Shown: positions 1 to 12,515 of the stretch, piece by piece
How the letters are laid out: every line of letters begins with the position of its first letter
Position numbering within the stretch: position 1 is the stretch's first letter
DNA from: Lingula anatina
Lineage: Eukaryota > Animalia > Brachiopoda
Assembly: GCA_051362555.1 (NCBI GenBank)
Contig: CM120640.1
Span: 11,346,001 to 11,410,000, forward strand
DNA: 64,000 bases
Direction: 5' to 3'
Made by a program: the position numbers and the translations under genes
Notes under the pieces: generated by a model
Told to the model about the DNA's origin: nothing
The model's database searches: none
The model's input: only the letters and a program-made list of their open reading frames with translations

Positions 1-173
1 AAGATGAGCAATTCAGCAACTGATTCTGTACAAAGTGCAACATGTTACACTGGAATCATGTTCCAAGTATTCAGCCAGATGTAACTGGTTGTTATAGGCA
101 AAACTTTTCCTGTTTAACACTTGGCTGTTTATGTAACCTTAAACAAGTGATTCGAGAAGAAAGAAATATCTAC

Positions 174-394
174 CTTTTAATTGGATCAAAGTCCTCATTG
201 CCATGGTAGACAGCTTCATGTTTGACACCGGCAAAGTTTGTGCCCTCTAGTGATCTTACTGGGAGCCATATTTTGAGGGCCAGTTTGGTGCCATCTTGCA
301 AGGGGACTTCATAGTGCGGTATGACTGTGACTGGATGGTTTCCAAAGCCACTTTTTTCACCAATTTCTTTGTTGATCAGCAAAGGCTGAGACAT
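174..394 (-). CDS. First coding exon of a CocE/NonD-like (X-Pro dipeptidyl-peptidase S15 / cocaine esterase-like) hydrolase; gene continues beyond the left edge
   Basis: Acceptor ...ttttag|A ATG (AG 397-396, ATG 394) and donor AAAG|GTA at 173. Peptide MSQPLL...VIPHYEVPLQDGTKLALKIWLP matches the CocE/NonD N-terminal pattern 'vpmrDGvrLaariwlP'. Catalytic motifs lie outside the window. Confidence 0.7.
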
Positions 395-853
395 TCTAAA
401 ATATATAAATAAATGTGTGTGTGTGTGTATGTGTGTGTATAACACTTTTTATCTCAGCTTAAAACTTTGGAATCAGTAACTGCATGCATGTTACGTCATT
501 GTACATGTGAAGTAAGTATACCCTTGTATGTCAGTAAGAAAACAGTTTTGAATGATGGTTTAAATCCCACAAAAATAAAACAAAGCTACTCAAGCTACTA
601 TTCACTTTACCTTCACTTGAAAAATACGTACACTTTTGCTACGATCAGTTACACCATATTTTGACCTAGCTAACACTGAAGTGGGTGTATCTATTGACAT
701 GACCCAATTAAATGCATTCAGCACTTCACTGCATGTATACTGGTACCACTAGTGTGTAATGATACTGAACTTTGCACATATCAAGTACTCGGTGAAATCA
801 TCTGGGCATGAAGAATGACTGCAAGCAAAACCATTTTCACATGGGTCACTTCA

Positions 854-1050
854 CAAAAAAGAGAACATTTTGTTTAATATTTGCATAATCCTGACTTATC
901 CCTTTATTTTCTCTGCTTTACACTACCGGTATATAGTACCCTCCAATATGGAAAGAAACCAACAGTAATTAAAAAGTGATATAGGACAATTATGCAAATA
1001 TTACACATAATTTTAGTGTCACTGATCCCTCTCAATGTTCTCTTTGTTGT
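854..1050. mobile_element. Degenerate foldback MITE-like element
   Basis: Nested inverted repeats acaaaaaagagaacatt / aatgttctctttgttgt and aatatttgcataat / attatgcaaatatt. No clear TSD. Confidence 0.45.
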
Positions 1051-2272
1051 AGAATAAGTACATTATCATGTGTTCATTTTAGTTTGGCCTTCTCTACATT
1101 TAGCATTATATATTTTGCCTAATCAATGCAGATAAATAGAACATAAGCAAAATAATAAACATTTTATTACCCGTTTCCCCCACTACTATAAATATGCTGC
1201 AGTTAAATATATAGCCAGCTCTTTTTCATTTTTCCCAAAAATCAAATATAGTTTATTCAGTTTCAATGGAAAAATATGGACCATGTTTTTTGTGCTTTGT
1301 GTGGTTCTTTTCCCCTTTATCCACTCAGACCTACAAAGGCCCACCTCTGAATGGGGATTTAGAGGCACTCCCTTGAAACATGACTACAATTTGGTATCTT
1401 TTCAATAAATTGTTATCATGCTTCTGTGGTTCCAAGACAAACTGTGGGTAACTTTTCCCAATTCTGTGAGCTCAAATTATTTTTGGGAAGGGATAAGGAG
1501 CAGGTTCTGAAATTCTGCTTTGGAAAAGGACAGGAGCCTTATGGGATACCACTTAACAGAGTAATTCAAGAGATTCACCTTTCCATTTATGATGCAAATG
1601 TAAGAAATCCCATAAGTAAATGGTTTTTGACTATAATGCACTTTAGTAGAGATCTCATTTTGAATTTCCATAGTATTTTAAATGCTGTTGAAACTAATAA
1701 AGGTAGATGGAGCAACATGTTTGGAAGAATGTTTTGCACATAGATTGGTATTTCATTTGATTAATAATGCATAAAAGATAGAGTCTCAGTAAGTAATCCA
1801 GTGATTGACAATTCAGTTTATTACCTTCTCGATCCTAATTTGATATCAAAAGTTATCTATGCAAATTACTCAAAGACAAAGTCATAAAGACTAGACCAGA
1901 GATATAGGCTGAGCAATTTTTAATTACCCTCACCTACAGTATTCACTCATTCATACAGTATAAAAAATCCATAGATGCCCTCAAAGTGGAGTGCATGCAT
2001 CACCATAAACTAATTTTTCTATCACAGCCCTTTAATAAATGTAATTGCTTTAAAAAAATAGTGCTTTAATATTTTTGAAATAATACTGTATTCACCTGCC
2101 AGTATAAGATTATACTTATCATTAAAGAGATTTGATAAATTCCAAAATTAGTATTTATATACTTCAGTGCATCACTATTTTTAAAATGCATTTTAATTGC
2201 ATGAAGATGATACTCTCTAACACCTAATGTCATTTTCACTCCAGTGAACCCAGCAGATGTACATGTAGACTG

Positions 2273-5200
2273 TTACCCCTGTTTTCCTTTACTTAGACAC
2301 TTTTGCAGTTTGTCTTTTAATTCACTTGGAGAAAAGACTCCAAACTCTGTCACAATCCCTCCTGTCACCAGCTCATGTGGTGTGACATCGAAGGCTGGGT
2401 TCCAGCAACCTATTCCTGGAACAGAAAGGGAAAATGGTGACTTTATACAAAACACATGATTAATTAATACAAATCTACTGCAGATACATTTTTCCCTTAA
2501 ATAATTAAGATAACCTGGTGAGACATAATATTTCACCAAAAATGACATTTATGTTTATCATCTTTTTATATCAACTTTGTTAGCATATCATACAGCAGTT
2601 GACAATGTTTTTTAAGTAAATTTTTAAGTACTGGTAGTTCAAAACCTTATCAATATTATAACACCGTCATTCTAGATAAATCCGAGTACATAAATTACCC
2701 AACTAAATATGAGCAAAAAAAAAAAAAAAGATTTAAGTAGTTGGAAATATCTAAAAAATTTAATCCTTTTAATCTGAGATGTAAGCTTGAACATCATATT
2801 GAATTCGTAATTTTGTCCAGGGTTTAAGGAAGTGACCTGTTTTCCTGTGAGACACCAAGACATTTTTGTGAGTCACATAAAATGCAATACCTTAAAAGGT
2901 CGTATACTGAAACAACTGAGGTGTGTAGAATTAATTAGAAATTACTCTACATACCTTGTGCAGCAATTCTCTGTCCCTTAACAGTGAACATTTCATTGTG
3001 TGGACGCTCTTCAATCTTGATCTCATCCCCCGTCTGCAAGTTCAGATCAATAGATGTGCTTGGGGCAGCCACATAGAAGGGAATTTCATGATATTTAGCA
3101 CATATGGCCAGTTGATAAGTCCCTATTTTATTGGCCACATCACCATTTGCTACAATTCTATCTGCACCAAGAATAATGGCACTGACTCCTTTCTTTTTGA
3201 TGAGAAAAGCAGCCATGCTGTCACAGACAAGAGTGGCTGGCATTTTGTCATGGACTAACTCATAGGCTGTTAGTCTGGACCCTTGGTTGTATGGTCTGGT
3301 TTCTGTGCAGTAGACATGGTCAATTTTGTTTTGTTCAAATAGGGCACGTATGACACCTGCAGAAAAAGGAAATTATGTCATGAAATCATTCATAAAAATA
3401 CAATAAACATCACTGTTTTTTTTCTTCAGATATGTCAAGATGCTGTAAACTTCTTGATTTCATTTTTTAAAAACAACATATTTAAAATTAAAACTCATGG
3501 AAAGACTTTCAAAAAGCCAAGAAAGCTAGCTTAGAAAAGAATGATATAAGATAAAATAAGTGAATTATGAATTGCCAAAACGTGCCAAGTTGTTGCCAAA
3601 TAATTTTATATAGAACTCACCAAGAGCTGTTCCATATCCTGCTGTGGCCAGAGAACCTGTATTACAATGGGTCAGTATCCGTAATGGCTTGTCTCCAATA
3701 TTTTGTAACATGTGGGCACTACCATGCCGTCCAATTGATTTGTTATCCTCCACATCTTTCCTCAACATTTCTTCTGCTGCTTCTATGATCCTATGATAAA
3801 AAAGGATAGATTTCCTTAAACACAGGACATTTTTTATTCAAAGGGTTTTTTTCTAATAGCTGGTGCAATTTGGTGCATTACAGATTACTAGTTTGAGACT
3901 CTGGAACATGACTCCTTGCTCCCTTTTGGAAAGGAACTGCAACAAAATCAACAATTTAATTTAGGAAAATTAGTATTTAACACTGAAGTCACAATCAGGC
4001 AGTTCCTTCATCTTTTTTACCTCAATTTCATGTCCTCTGCCCCTAACTTCTGATCAAGGTATGTTGTGCAGAATTGTTTGAACTTTATGGCAGAATCTGA
4101 AATGTTGACAGCAGTTGGCCTTGCAGTGACCAGGTAGTTCATCCTCTCTAACACCCAGGAAACCAGTTCATCAGGAGTTTGAAAATTCTTTTGGTGTAAT
4201 TCAGTAGCAAGGCTCAGTGAGGCCACAACACCAATGGCTGGAGCTCCACGAATCTAACAAAATTTTAAAAGGGAAAGTGTAAAATTAAAATATATATGAT
4301 ATAGATATAGATAAAAATTTGTTTTCTTGGAAACAAAAAAAAAATCCTGTAAATTTCAGTGATTTTCTGTTTTAACATTTTGGTTTACCTTATTCAAAAC
4401 TGCTGAGAAAATAGGAATATATAGACCCGTTTTAAAGGTATAATTTTTTTTTGTTCCCATCACTAGTTAACTTTACTAGTCTCAAGCTCCATTAGTTGAG
4501 TGACTCAAAAACTAGAAACTAGAACTCTAAATCAAGTTTACGGGTTGTGATTCTCTAGGAAAACAACCAAAAATATACATGTGGATATATTCTCAGCTTT
4601 TAGTTTTACTTATTGCTGCAGCAAGACTTCGGCTATCTCAGGTGATTCCTATCATTCTAATAGTGTCCCAGTATAAGGACCCTGAATAATATGAGGCAGG
4701 CAAGTAGATGAAATGTTGTTTGGGCTATTTTATCAGGGAATCATATTGTAGACTAGACAGGATACAATTTCCTGATTTTATTCAGGAATCATGAGTCGAT
4801 TTTTTTTCAAGATGTTTCTAGGTAATACCACTGTGATGTAAAACTAAGCATTCTTTTAAAATTTTCACTGGTTTAAAGATATTGTCACCCTTCGCCCAAA
4901 ACTCGTTTACTGCATTACAATATATATTAGATCTTTAAGAGGTCATATACTGAAATAACTGAGGTAACAGATAAATAATAAATTAATTAACATTTACATA
5001 TATGTCATCTTTATGTCATAGTTGCGCTATTTGAGTAAAAACAAAAAAATTGGTTTCTCAAATTTCTCTTTTAACTGAGCAACCACAATCACCATTTCAA
5101 CCCTATTTAATGACACCGTTTAGTACTTCGACACCCTGCCAGTGATTGTTCTTTAAAGTCTTAGTTCTGATTTTATTGTTCATAAAGAAAAATAATGCCT

Positions 5201-6215
5201 TTGTTTAATGATAATCTGTAATTAGGGGCTCATAACTCCTTAACAAAAATATTTAAACCAAAATGACAGCACGGGATTGTAACCCATACACTCAACTCTG
5301 CCAATTTTCAAGATAAAATCTTGTACAGGGATGAAGTTATACACTGATTGCTATCTCACCACAAAATAGAAAGGTGTTAAATTGACGATTTAAGCTTTGA
5401 CCTGCCTAGGGTTTTTCATTGTTTTAAATCAGCACAAAGACAGCTGCATTATTAAATAATTAGATGCAGAAAAAAACTCATTTTTGGTATCTTGATGATA
5501 ATATCCTTCAGGATATCGTAACCCTTGTAATAAAGGGATTATGACAATGACCATGCTTAAACCCTTTATTATCACCCATTGTTTTACTTTATCAAATCTA
5601 AACTAAGACTTTTAAGAAAAATTGCTGGCAAGGTTTTGGATTACTAAATGGTGATCTTGGGTACTTAGGTAAAGGAGAAATTTGAAAAAACATTTTTTTT
5701 TTTGTTTTTACCCCAAAATCGCAATTATGACCGACGTCACCCGTAAAATGACATATTTGTAAATGTTCATTAATTTTGTCACTGAACACTGAACATTTAT
5801 TTATTACCCAAATAATGTATGAAAGGCAGTATATATAAGGAGTTTTGGGCGAAGGGTGACAACATCCTTAATATGGTCCATAATGTGAGTGAAAAACAAT
5901 GTCGGCAGGAGTCGACCAGCTTGGACTAGCGTGGATAGCATACAAAGATCGGTCACGCTGTACTGGATACGTAAGCTATAACCGCTAATACTCCAGGTGA
6001 TTTAATAGCCGGTCTGACACTATTTGATTGATGTTTCACTGGCTGTAGGTTGTAGGCCAAACCTGCATTTTGTTGATGGCGCTCCACCCCTCATTTACGT
6101 CTTTAATTTCAATATATTTGGTCATTTCCGGAAGCAGAAGTTGGTCAAGGATCTGTAGCTTCCCTCTCGTATACAATATTGAGTCGACAGACGTCTGTTT
6201 CTCTGCATTCGACAT
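2273..6215 (-). CDS. MRI1: Methylthioribose-1-phosphate isomerase (methionine salvage), 5 exons, 366 aa
   Basis: Exons 6215-6063, 4253-4021, 3790-3621, 3356-2955, 2415-2273; all GT-AG and phase-consistent, total 1101 nt. Motifs [10 protein letters not shown]|[76 protein letters not shown]. Confidence 0.97.
4877..5867. mobile_element. Non-autonomous DNA transposon with TTAA TSD (Kolobok-like) in MRI1 intron 1
   Basis: About 26-bp TIRs agatattgtcacccttcgcccaaaactc / gagttttgggcgaagggtgacaacatcc, flanked by TTAA at 4873-4876 and 5868-5871. Purine termini fit Kolobok better than piggyBac. A related short fragment lies near 2890-2935. Confidence 0.75.
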
Positions 6216-6552
6216 TATCGATAATTACACAAGCTGCGTTTGAAGCGTACTCTTTACCCTCTTGACCTCTTTGACCGGCTTGTACATGTAGCCTCGGTTC
6301 AAAATAAATCTAAACGAGGTACATAGAGTGACAGTTCAAAACAAATCTCTCTCTCACATATATAGGGCCTACATCTGCATAAAAAATTATATGTAAAACG
6401 TAAAATGAGAGAAAGTAATTAGTTTATAGGCCTAGTCATCAAAGCTCTCAAATAGGCTTCAGATAATTCTTTTTCTTGTCACTTTTGAAAATTATTTTGA
6501 ACGTAGTATAATTTCATTTACCAGCTACCTGGTAGGCCTATCTGTAGGGGCC

Positions 6553-6591
<39 letters not shown>

Positions 6592-6869
6592 TGGAAAATT
6601 TGTGTTTTTACATGGGAAATTTGAAGGAAAGCTTGCATTTTCAGCAGGGAGGGGTCCAAGCTGCATGGAAACTATTTAATCTGCTAAAAGTAGAATCATT
6701 TAAACATTCGTCGAGGAGATTACCTATGAACGACAGTATTTACATCCGTCAACAAGCAATAAAAATAATAAAAATAAAGTTCAAAATAAAGTTGTTTATA
6801 TTTTATAAAAAACACATAAAACGAAAATCGTTTTCCCGTCTCAGGTTTAAGAAAGATCAAAAAGATAAA

Positions 6870-7260
6870 TAAAAATGAAATAAATTAGAAAAACGCATTT
6901 AGCGGTAGGAATAAAAAGAAGGGTAATTGTTAAAACTACTTTTTGCTATAAAAAAAGAGATGTTAGACAAAAGCTTTTTAAAAACCGCTTGCTTCCTCTA
7001 AAAGTCTACCATGATTTGCTTGTGATAAATGAAAAAAAAGATTAACAGGGTGAGTGGTGTCGTTCATAATCTTATCGCTTTTGGAAGCCACCCTTTCTAT
7101 GTAAATGCTTCTCAGAGTGGAGAGATCCAATTCCAAGTGGTTGTCAAGATCGTCAAGGAGTGCTGAACAACAGTGTTATCGATGTAAACAGACTCGTTAT
7201 CACTTTCATTCTGTCTAACACCTAGCACAAGGTCATTATTGTTACGCCATTCGACAACCG
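6870..7260 (-). mobile_element. Decayed LINE 3' fragment, Rex1/Babar-like
   Basis: Minus-strand translation LSTLRSIYIERVASKSDKIMNDTTHPVNLFF...FIPTA resembles the Rex1 ORF2 C-terminus ('psl..iy..r...kA.kI..D.tHP...lF...sFfP.Ai'); frameshifted. Confidence 0.55.
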
Positions 7261-7277
7261 ATCCAATGCAACGTCCT

Positions 7278-7501
7278 CAGGGGCGGATCCAGGGTTATTT
7301 GAAGGGGAGTCTGCAGATGCAAAGCATACCCCCCCCCCTTGGCGTGAAGTTCGGGGCCTCGAAAAAAATTGGTGTTTTAGAGGGCGAACGCTGCCATTTG
7401 GTACGATTTAGAATTGTGATTTAGCTAAAAATATATATATAATTTCAAGATGGGACTATTGATGTAATTTTTTTACCCCCACCCCCCTAAATCCGCCACT
7501 G
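7278..7501. mobile_element. hAT-like MITE (CAGGGGCGGATCC family)
   Basis: TIRs caggggcggatcc / aatccgccactg; 5-bp duplication gtcct on both sides. A related degenerate copy lies at about 8920-9325. Confidence 0.75.
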
Positions 7502-7659
7502 GTCCTGATGCGGGCCTGTATTCAAAACCAATGCATTAAAAAGGCCCGCCTCTAATAACAATTTTAAAATCCAATCACATAAAAAACTGAAAATTTTAGC
7601 TCGTCAGTTAAAATATTAAAATTAAGTTTTTCTTTATTTAAGTTAGGCCTACAAGCAGA

Positions 7660-8386
7660 ACTTTCATTACTTCTAAGCTTGATTATTGCAACAGTCTCTT
7701 ATATGGTTTAGGCAAAAATCATCTGAACAAACTTCAATTAATTCAAAATTCTGCAGCTAGGCTGGTAACTAAAATGGGATGGAATAGCCGAGAGCATATA
7801 ACACCTGTTTTGATGGAACTTCACTGGCTTCCAGTAAGAGAGAGAATTTTATTTAAAATTTTATGTGTCATTTTTAAAGCAGTCACTGAGAATAAACCAC
7901 TTTATATCTCAGAACTTATGAAGCAACATCAGCATGGAAGAGTTACCAGGTCTTCAACTTTTAGTCATTTACTTTTAGAACACAGTGTCTTAGAGAAAAA
8001 AGCTGGTAAATTTTACGGTGAAAGGGCATTTATGATATATGCACCCAAAGTTTGGAACACTTTACCCTCTGAAATACGAGCAGCAGGTGACATAGATACT
8101 TTTAAAAAGCTTTTGAAAACTCATATTTTTAGAATAGCCTATCAGTAGCTATCATATAGTTAATTTTAGTTTTTAATAAGGTGTACTGTAATTTTATGAT
8201 TAATTTTAAATGTTGTCACTTTAGGTTCTTATCATTTTAGAATATGAATAATTGGTTCTTTAAATTAGTTCTTAGTCCTTTAAAATTGTAATGTGTTCTT
8301 ATATTAGTATTGTGTTATTTAGCTCTTTTAAGTGAATGTTGTAAGGCGCATTGAGATTTTTAATGGAATGCGCCATAGAAAAATAA

Positions 8387-8429
<43 letters not shown>
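7660..8429 (+). mobile_element. 5'-truncated L2/CR1-group LINE: RT C-terminus, 3' UTR and (ATT)n tail
   Basis: Open frame FITSKLDYCNSLLYGL...LQLIQNSAARLV...HITPVLMELHWLPVRERILFKI...GERAFMIYAPKVWNTLP...FKKLLKTHIF (stop 8148), then AATAAA and an (att)n tail at 8387-8429. Confidence 0.9.
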
Positions 8430-8431
<2 letters not shown>

Positions 8432-9145
8432 CGCAGTCGAAATAAAATCCTTGCTTAAAGCAATAATAACTCTTCGTTTCGGACAAAAAATGAATTTTCC
8501 TGGAGTAAACATCAATTTTCCCATACTTACCAATGGTTAATGAATCCATTTTTACATTCAAAGATAGTCCCTGGTTTTTTTCTAAAAAGTTTGGTTTTTT
8601 GTTAAAATCTCTTAAGAGATTTTAACAGAGTATAGACATCAATGGAGGTCACATGGTCTAAAGACAAGTTCAGATATCAGAATAATAGTTATAACTGCTG
8701 TTTTTGTGGTAAAATAGAATATATTATATTTCTACGAGTTATTCACAAGGTTTTTATTGTGAAATATAGATCTCATACGAAGAGTTATTATCCCTTTAAG
8801 TGCTCTTCTTCTGAAAGTGTTCTAATACCTACAATGCTCGATGCATATTGACGTTGAGTGTAAAGTCATATAGACCCTCATGCCTTCACGGAGTTCTCGC
8901 ATCGTTTGACCAACTATCTTGACCGATCCAGGTTTATTTGAAGGGGGAGTCCGGTTCTGAGAATTGACAGGCCTCGGATGCGAAGCCGACCCTGGCCCCC
9001 TTGGCGTGGGGTTTGGGGCCTGCAGAAGGGCACCGAAAGGTGTGCCATTTGGTACGGTTTAGAACTATGATTCACCTAGTCGAAATTTTAATTTCAGGAG
9101 GGGAGTATTGGTGTGATTTTTTTCCAGAAATTTAAGGGGGATCAG

Positions 9146-9290
9146 GGCCCCGTATCTCGAAAGCATCGTGCATTGCGACCGTGCGCAAGCGTCTCGATTC
9201 CATAACTCGCCCATATTCGCCCATATAATACATTGTAACCTCTATGTGATATCGCTATTCGCAGGACACGATGCTTTCGAGATACGGGCC
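9146..9290. mobile_element. PIF/Harbinger-like MITE inserted in a CAGGGGCGGATCC-family remnant
   Basis: TIRs ggccccgtatctcgaaagcatcgtg / cacgatgctttcgagatacgggcc; 3-bp TSD CAG at 9143-9145 and 9291-9293. Confidence 0.8.
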
Positions 9291-9837
9291 CAGGGCCCCT
9301 AGACCCCCACCCCCCTAAATCCTACACTTTAACCCGAATTGTGATACTCTCTCCTTAATGTAAAAATATTCTGTAAATAACGGCTCCCGAAAGCTACAAT
9401 TATATAATTGCATTAAAATAGGCCTATAATTTTTTAAACTCCGTACTAACAAAGAATTTCTCTGATATAAAACCAAGGAGTTATAACTCCTTGATAAAAC
9501 CTACAGTTTAAAAGAAATGTTTTTTGCATTACAGTGCATAGGGGCCTATTTATTATTGTTTCTAAGCACTGGTAGATCCAATTTCATTCTTCCACACTGC
9601 TGTCTATCTCTCACAAAAGATAAATTGCCCGAAAAAAGTATAATATATGGATATCCTTATATACACGCTAGCCATTTGCATATTTAAAATGCGTTCGAGT
9701 GCTGGCATTTCATTCTGCCGTTGAACTAAACTATAAGATGAAAGTAGGTGGGTAATTTGACCCTGAGAAGATTCGCAAAATACACCGGACAGATTACTTG
9801 GAAAACTTCGTGTGATCTTTCTTGGGGTTTGTTCGAT

Positions 9838-10022
9838 GGTGTACTTGAGTGTGGTAGAGGAGACGCCCTTGGTTCGCAACACATTCAAACACATATAGAT
9901 ACAACGCAATTGCTTATTTCACTGCTATTTTAATTAACGTTGTTGACCGCTATCTGTCATATGCGGTATCTTCTTTCTTCAAAGATTATGAGGATAACCG
10001 CGTTGGTGGCGTTAGATGAGCT
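9838..10022 (+). ncRNA. Candidate structured non-coding RNA, copy 1 (family not recognised)
   Basis: Shares blocks GGTGTACTTGAGTGTGGTAGAGG, AACACATTCAA, GACCGCTATCTGTC.TATGCGGTATC and CGCGTTGGTGGC..TAGATGAGCT with 12335-12515. The blocks form two hairpins with G-U pairs on the + strand. Confidence 0.35.
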
Positions 10023-12334
10023 GCGCTGAAGTTTTAAAGAAATGCACTGTGCTTTTTTCACTAAACAGACCCTTGCACAAATTTCACGTGTTAAAGTTCA
10101 ATTTTCCGTAGTCTTAATAACATTACTGATTGCACATAAATTCTTTTAACATCAATCAGTTTATTTTTGGTATACCAAGTTGGACACATGACTTGAAGTC
10201 TGTCTTCAATGGTAGTCATGCGTAGTACATGTCTTGTTCTTTAAAAGATATATTCTATATAGACTTGTGTTCCGTCTTGCATGAAGGTTGCTCTCACATT
10301 AAATAAAAAAGCAAGGCGGAAATTGCGAAACTAACGGGAAAGCGGTCATCAACATTTCTATCGATAACAATGGGCATGGTTTTACGCTGTTAGCCTCGTC
10401 CACTTCATGTGAAGAAATCGCCCCATTATTGTAGTAACATTTCATGCATCTCTATCAAACAGATGCTGCATGATTCATCGTATTGATCTCAAATAAGTAA
10501 TAGGGATTACAATGTTACAGTTAAGAAACATCTCAGTGAGGGGCCAACAATTCATGGAAAAAAAGACAATTAGCGGGGTGGAGGGGGGACTGGGGGTTAA
10601 CGGCAAATATTGTGTACTTTAAGTTTTAAGTAGGGGGTCGGTGGCTTTGGGTTTTATTTTAATGATACATTTGGCCTAAAGAGTTCACTCAGCCCCTCGA
10701 CTCCTTCCCCCCCCCCCCCCATAAGCTTCATATGCTCCTAGGCAAGTCTGTCCTTCACCGAACCCAATCAACCATACCGCATGCAACCCACAGCAACAAA
10801 ACAATGTAATCGTTTATCACGGTCTAGAGCGCGATATCCATTGGCAGATGAAGAGGCATATCTGCAGCGAGCGCCCACTGCATTTATATCAGTTGTATGC
10901 CTATAACGTAAATAGCATGAAGTATATATATACCTATATATGTCTCAATCACAATTTAAAAAGTCTTGAAATTCACAGTTCAGTTTCTCCAGAGTTTTAT
11001 CCATGACAGTTCAATAAAATTGCATCTCCATAAAGTAGAGTACCTCTGCTACTTTGCAGTTTCTTAAAACCTTAATGGCGTTCCAAACAAAAATCTGGAT
11101 CTTTGGAGGGATGAAATTCTCAAAAATAGGGCTGCGAAAAACTGACCACTGAATTGTCTGTGCTTGACTCGTACACATATAAAGGCAATGCATACCACTC
11201 AAACCGCTACTGACATGCTTTTTCCTGCGTAAGATGAATATGTATGCTAATTCCGCGGAAGGGTTAGTGATCAATATACATATAAGCTAGATTATGAAAA
11301 ATCGAAAATAAATTACTGAAAAAGCATGTGAAAAAGGTCTGCATCAAAAATGCCTCTGCTTTGCGTTGACGAGCAGGTTATCCTATTTTATGTCACTTAT
11401 AATAGAAAGATAGATGGAACGAAAGGAAACAATCGATGGGATGACGCCTAGTAGGCTTAGGACTATTCGCTGACAAGGCATAATGTTGTCACGAACATTT
11501 TACCCGCAAGCATACCCTTACATATGCAGACTTCCCTTAATAGTTATTACCCGCATGAAACCACGCTGTTTACCCTAGATACAAAATGATATAACTTTCA
11601 CAGCGCAGACAATCGTGGATTTAAGAGCCATATACTCGTACCACGTATAAAACGGTACATCACTTTGTTTGATAGCGCTTTATTTGTTAATTATGAATTA
11701 ACCAAGTATGCGGGTTCGATTCAACCTTTTTTAAGATCCCACAAAATGTTAAAGGAAGCAACTTAAACAAATTATTTTTGTTTTTTTTCATGGGTTATGT
11801 TAATGATTTTGTCAAATAATCTTTGCAGCATACAAATTATCGGCGTTGCATAAGGAACTGATCGTGAATCAAACATCACCAGGTCGTGATTAATATGTAT
11901 CCGGGCAACGACATGAACGTACCGGAACCTCTTCGTCGTGTACTCCTTACATTGGGTATGGACAGGCACGTGCTGTGAATAGGTTTCATTGGCTTTAAAG
12001 GTAATCTGACCAAACATACATTCATTGCTAAAAAGAAATATTATATATATACAATTCTTAAGTAGTATCAATATTTTAATTTGTATGTATTAAATCTCTA
12101 ATATTTTTTCTCTATTCCACAAGAATTGGTTCGATAAAAAAATGCCATGTTTTCCTTGGTGTAGTTTTGGTTAATGCTTTTACTGATAACTAGAAAAGGA
12201 GGTTGCTATTTGGCGAAAAAGAGTTCACATCGGAAAAGAATGCACGTCATATCCCGGACGCACCGGCGGAAAGAACAACGTACAGCCCCCCCCCCCTTCT
12301 CTCCAGATAATAAATATATCTGTTTGACCCAGCT

Positions 12335-12515
12335 GGTGTACTTGAGTGTGGTAGAGGTGACGTAAGGTCTGGAACACATTCAACCCGTATGATTACACCC
12401 CAACTGCTTATGGATTTTTTTAGAAATAACAATCAACGTTATCGACCGCTATCTGTCCTATGCGGTATCCTCTTTCCTCTATGTGCATAATCGCGTTGGT
12501 GGCTATAGATGAGCT
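12335..12515 (+). ncRNA. Candidate structured non-coding RNA, copy 2
   Basis: Direct repeat of 9838-10022 about 2.5 kb downstream; stems conserved, loops and linkers diverged. Confidence 0.35.

Noticed and set aside
9815-9830. atctttcttggggtt resembling the U4atac 5' end
   Set aside because: The rest of U4atac and the Sm site are absent, and the motif is missing from the second copy of the duplication.
9845-9880. tRNA/Pol III box A-like GTGGTAGAG and box B-like GGTTCGCAAC; partial miR-279-like CCACACTCA on the - strand
   Set aside because: No cloverleaf, box B is not conserved in copy 2, and the miR-279 seed is absent.
11703-11726. gcgggttcgattc, a box B / T-loop-like motif
   Set aside because: No T-stem closure, acceptor stem or box A at a suitable distance.
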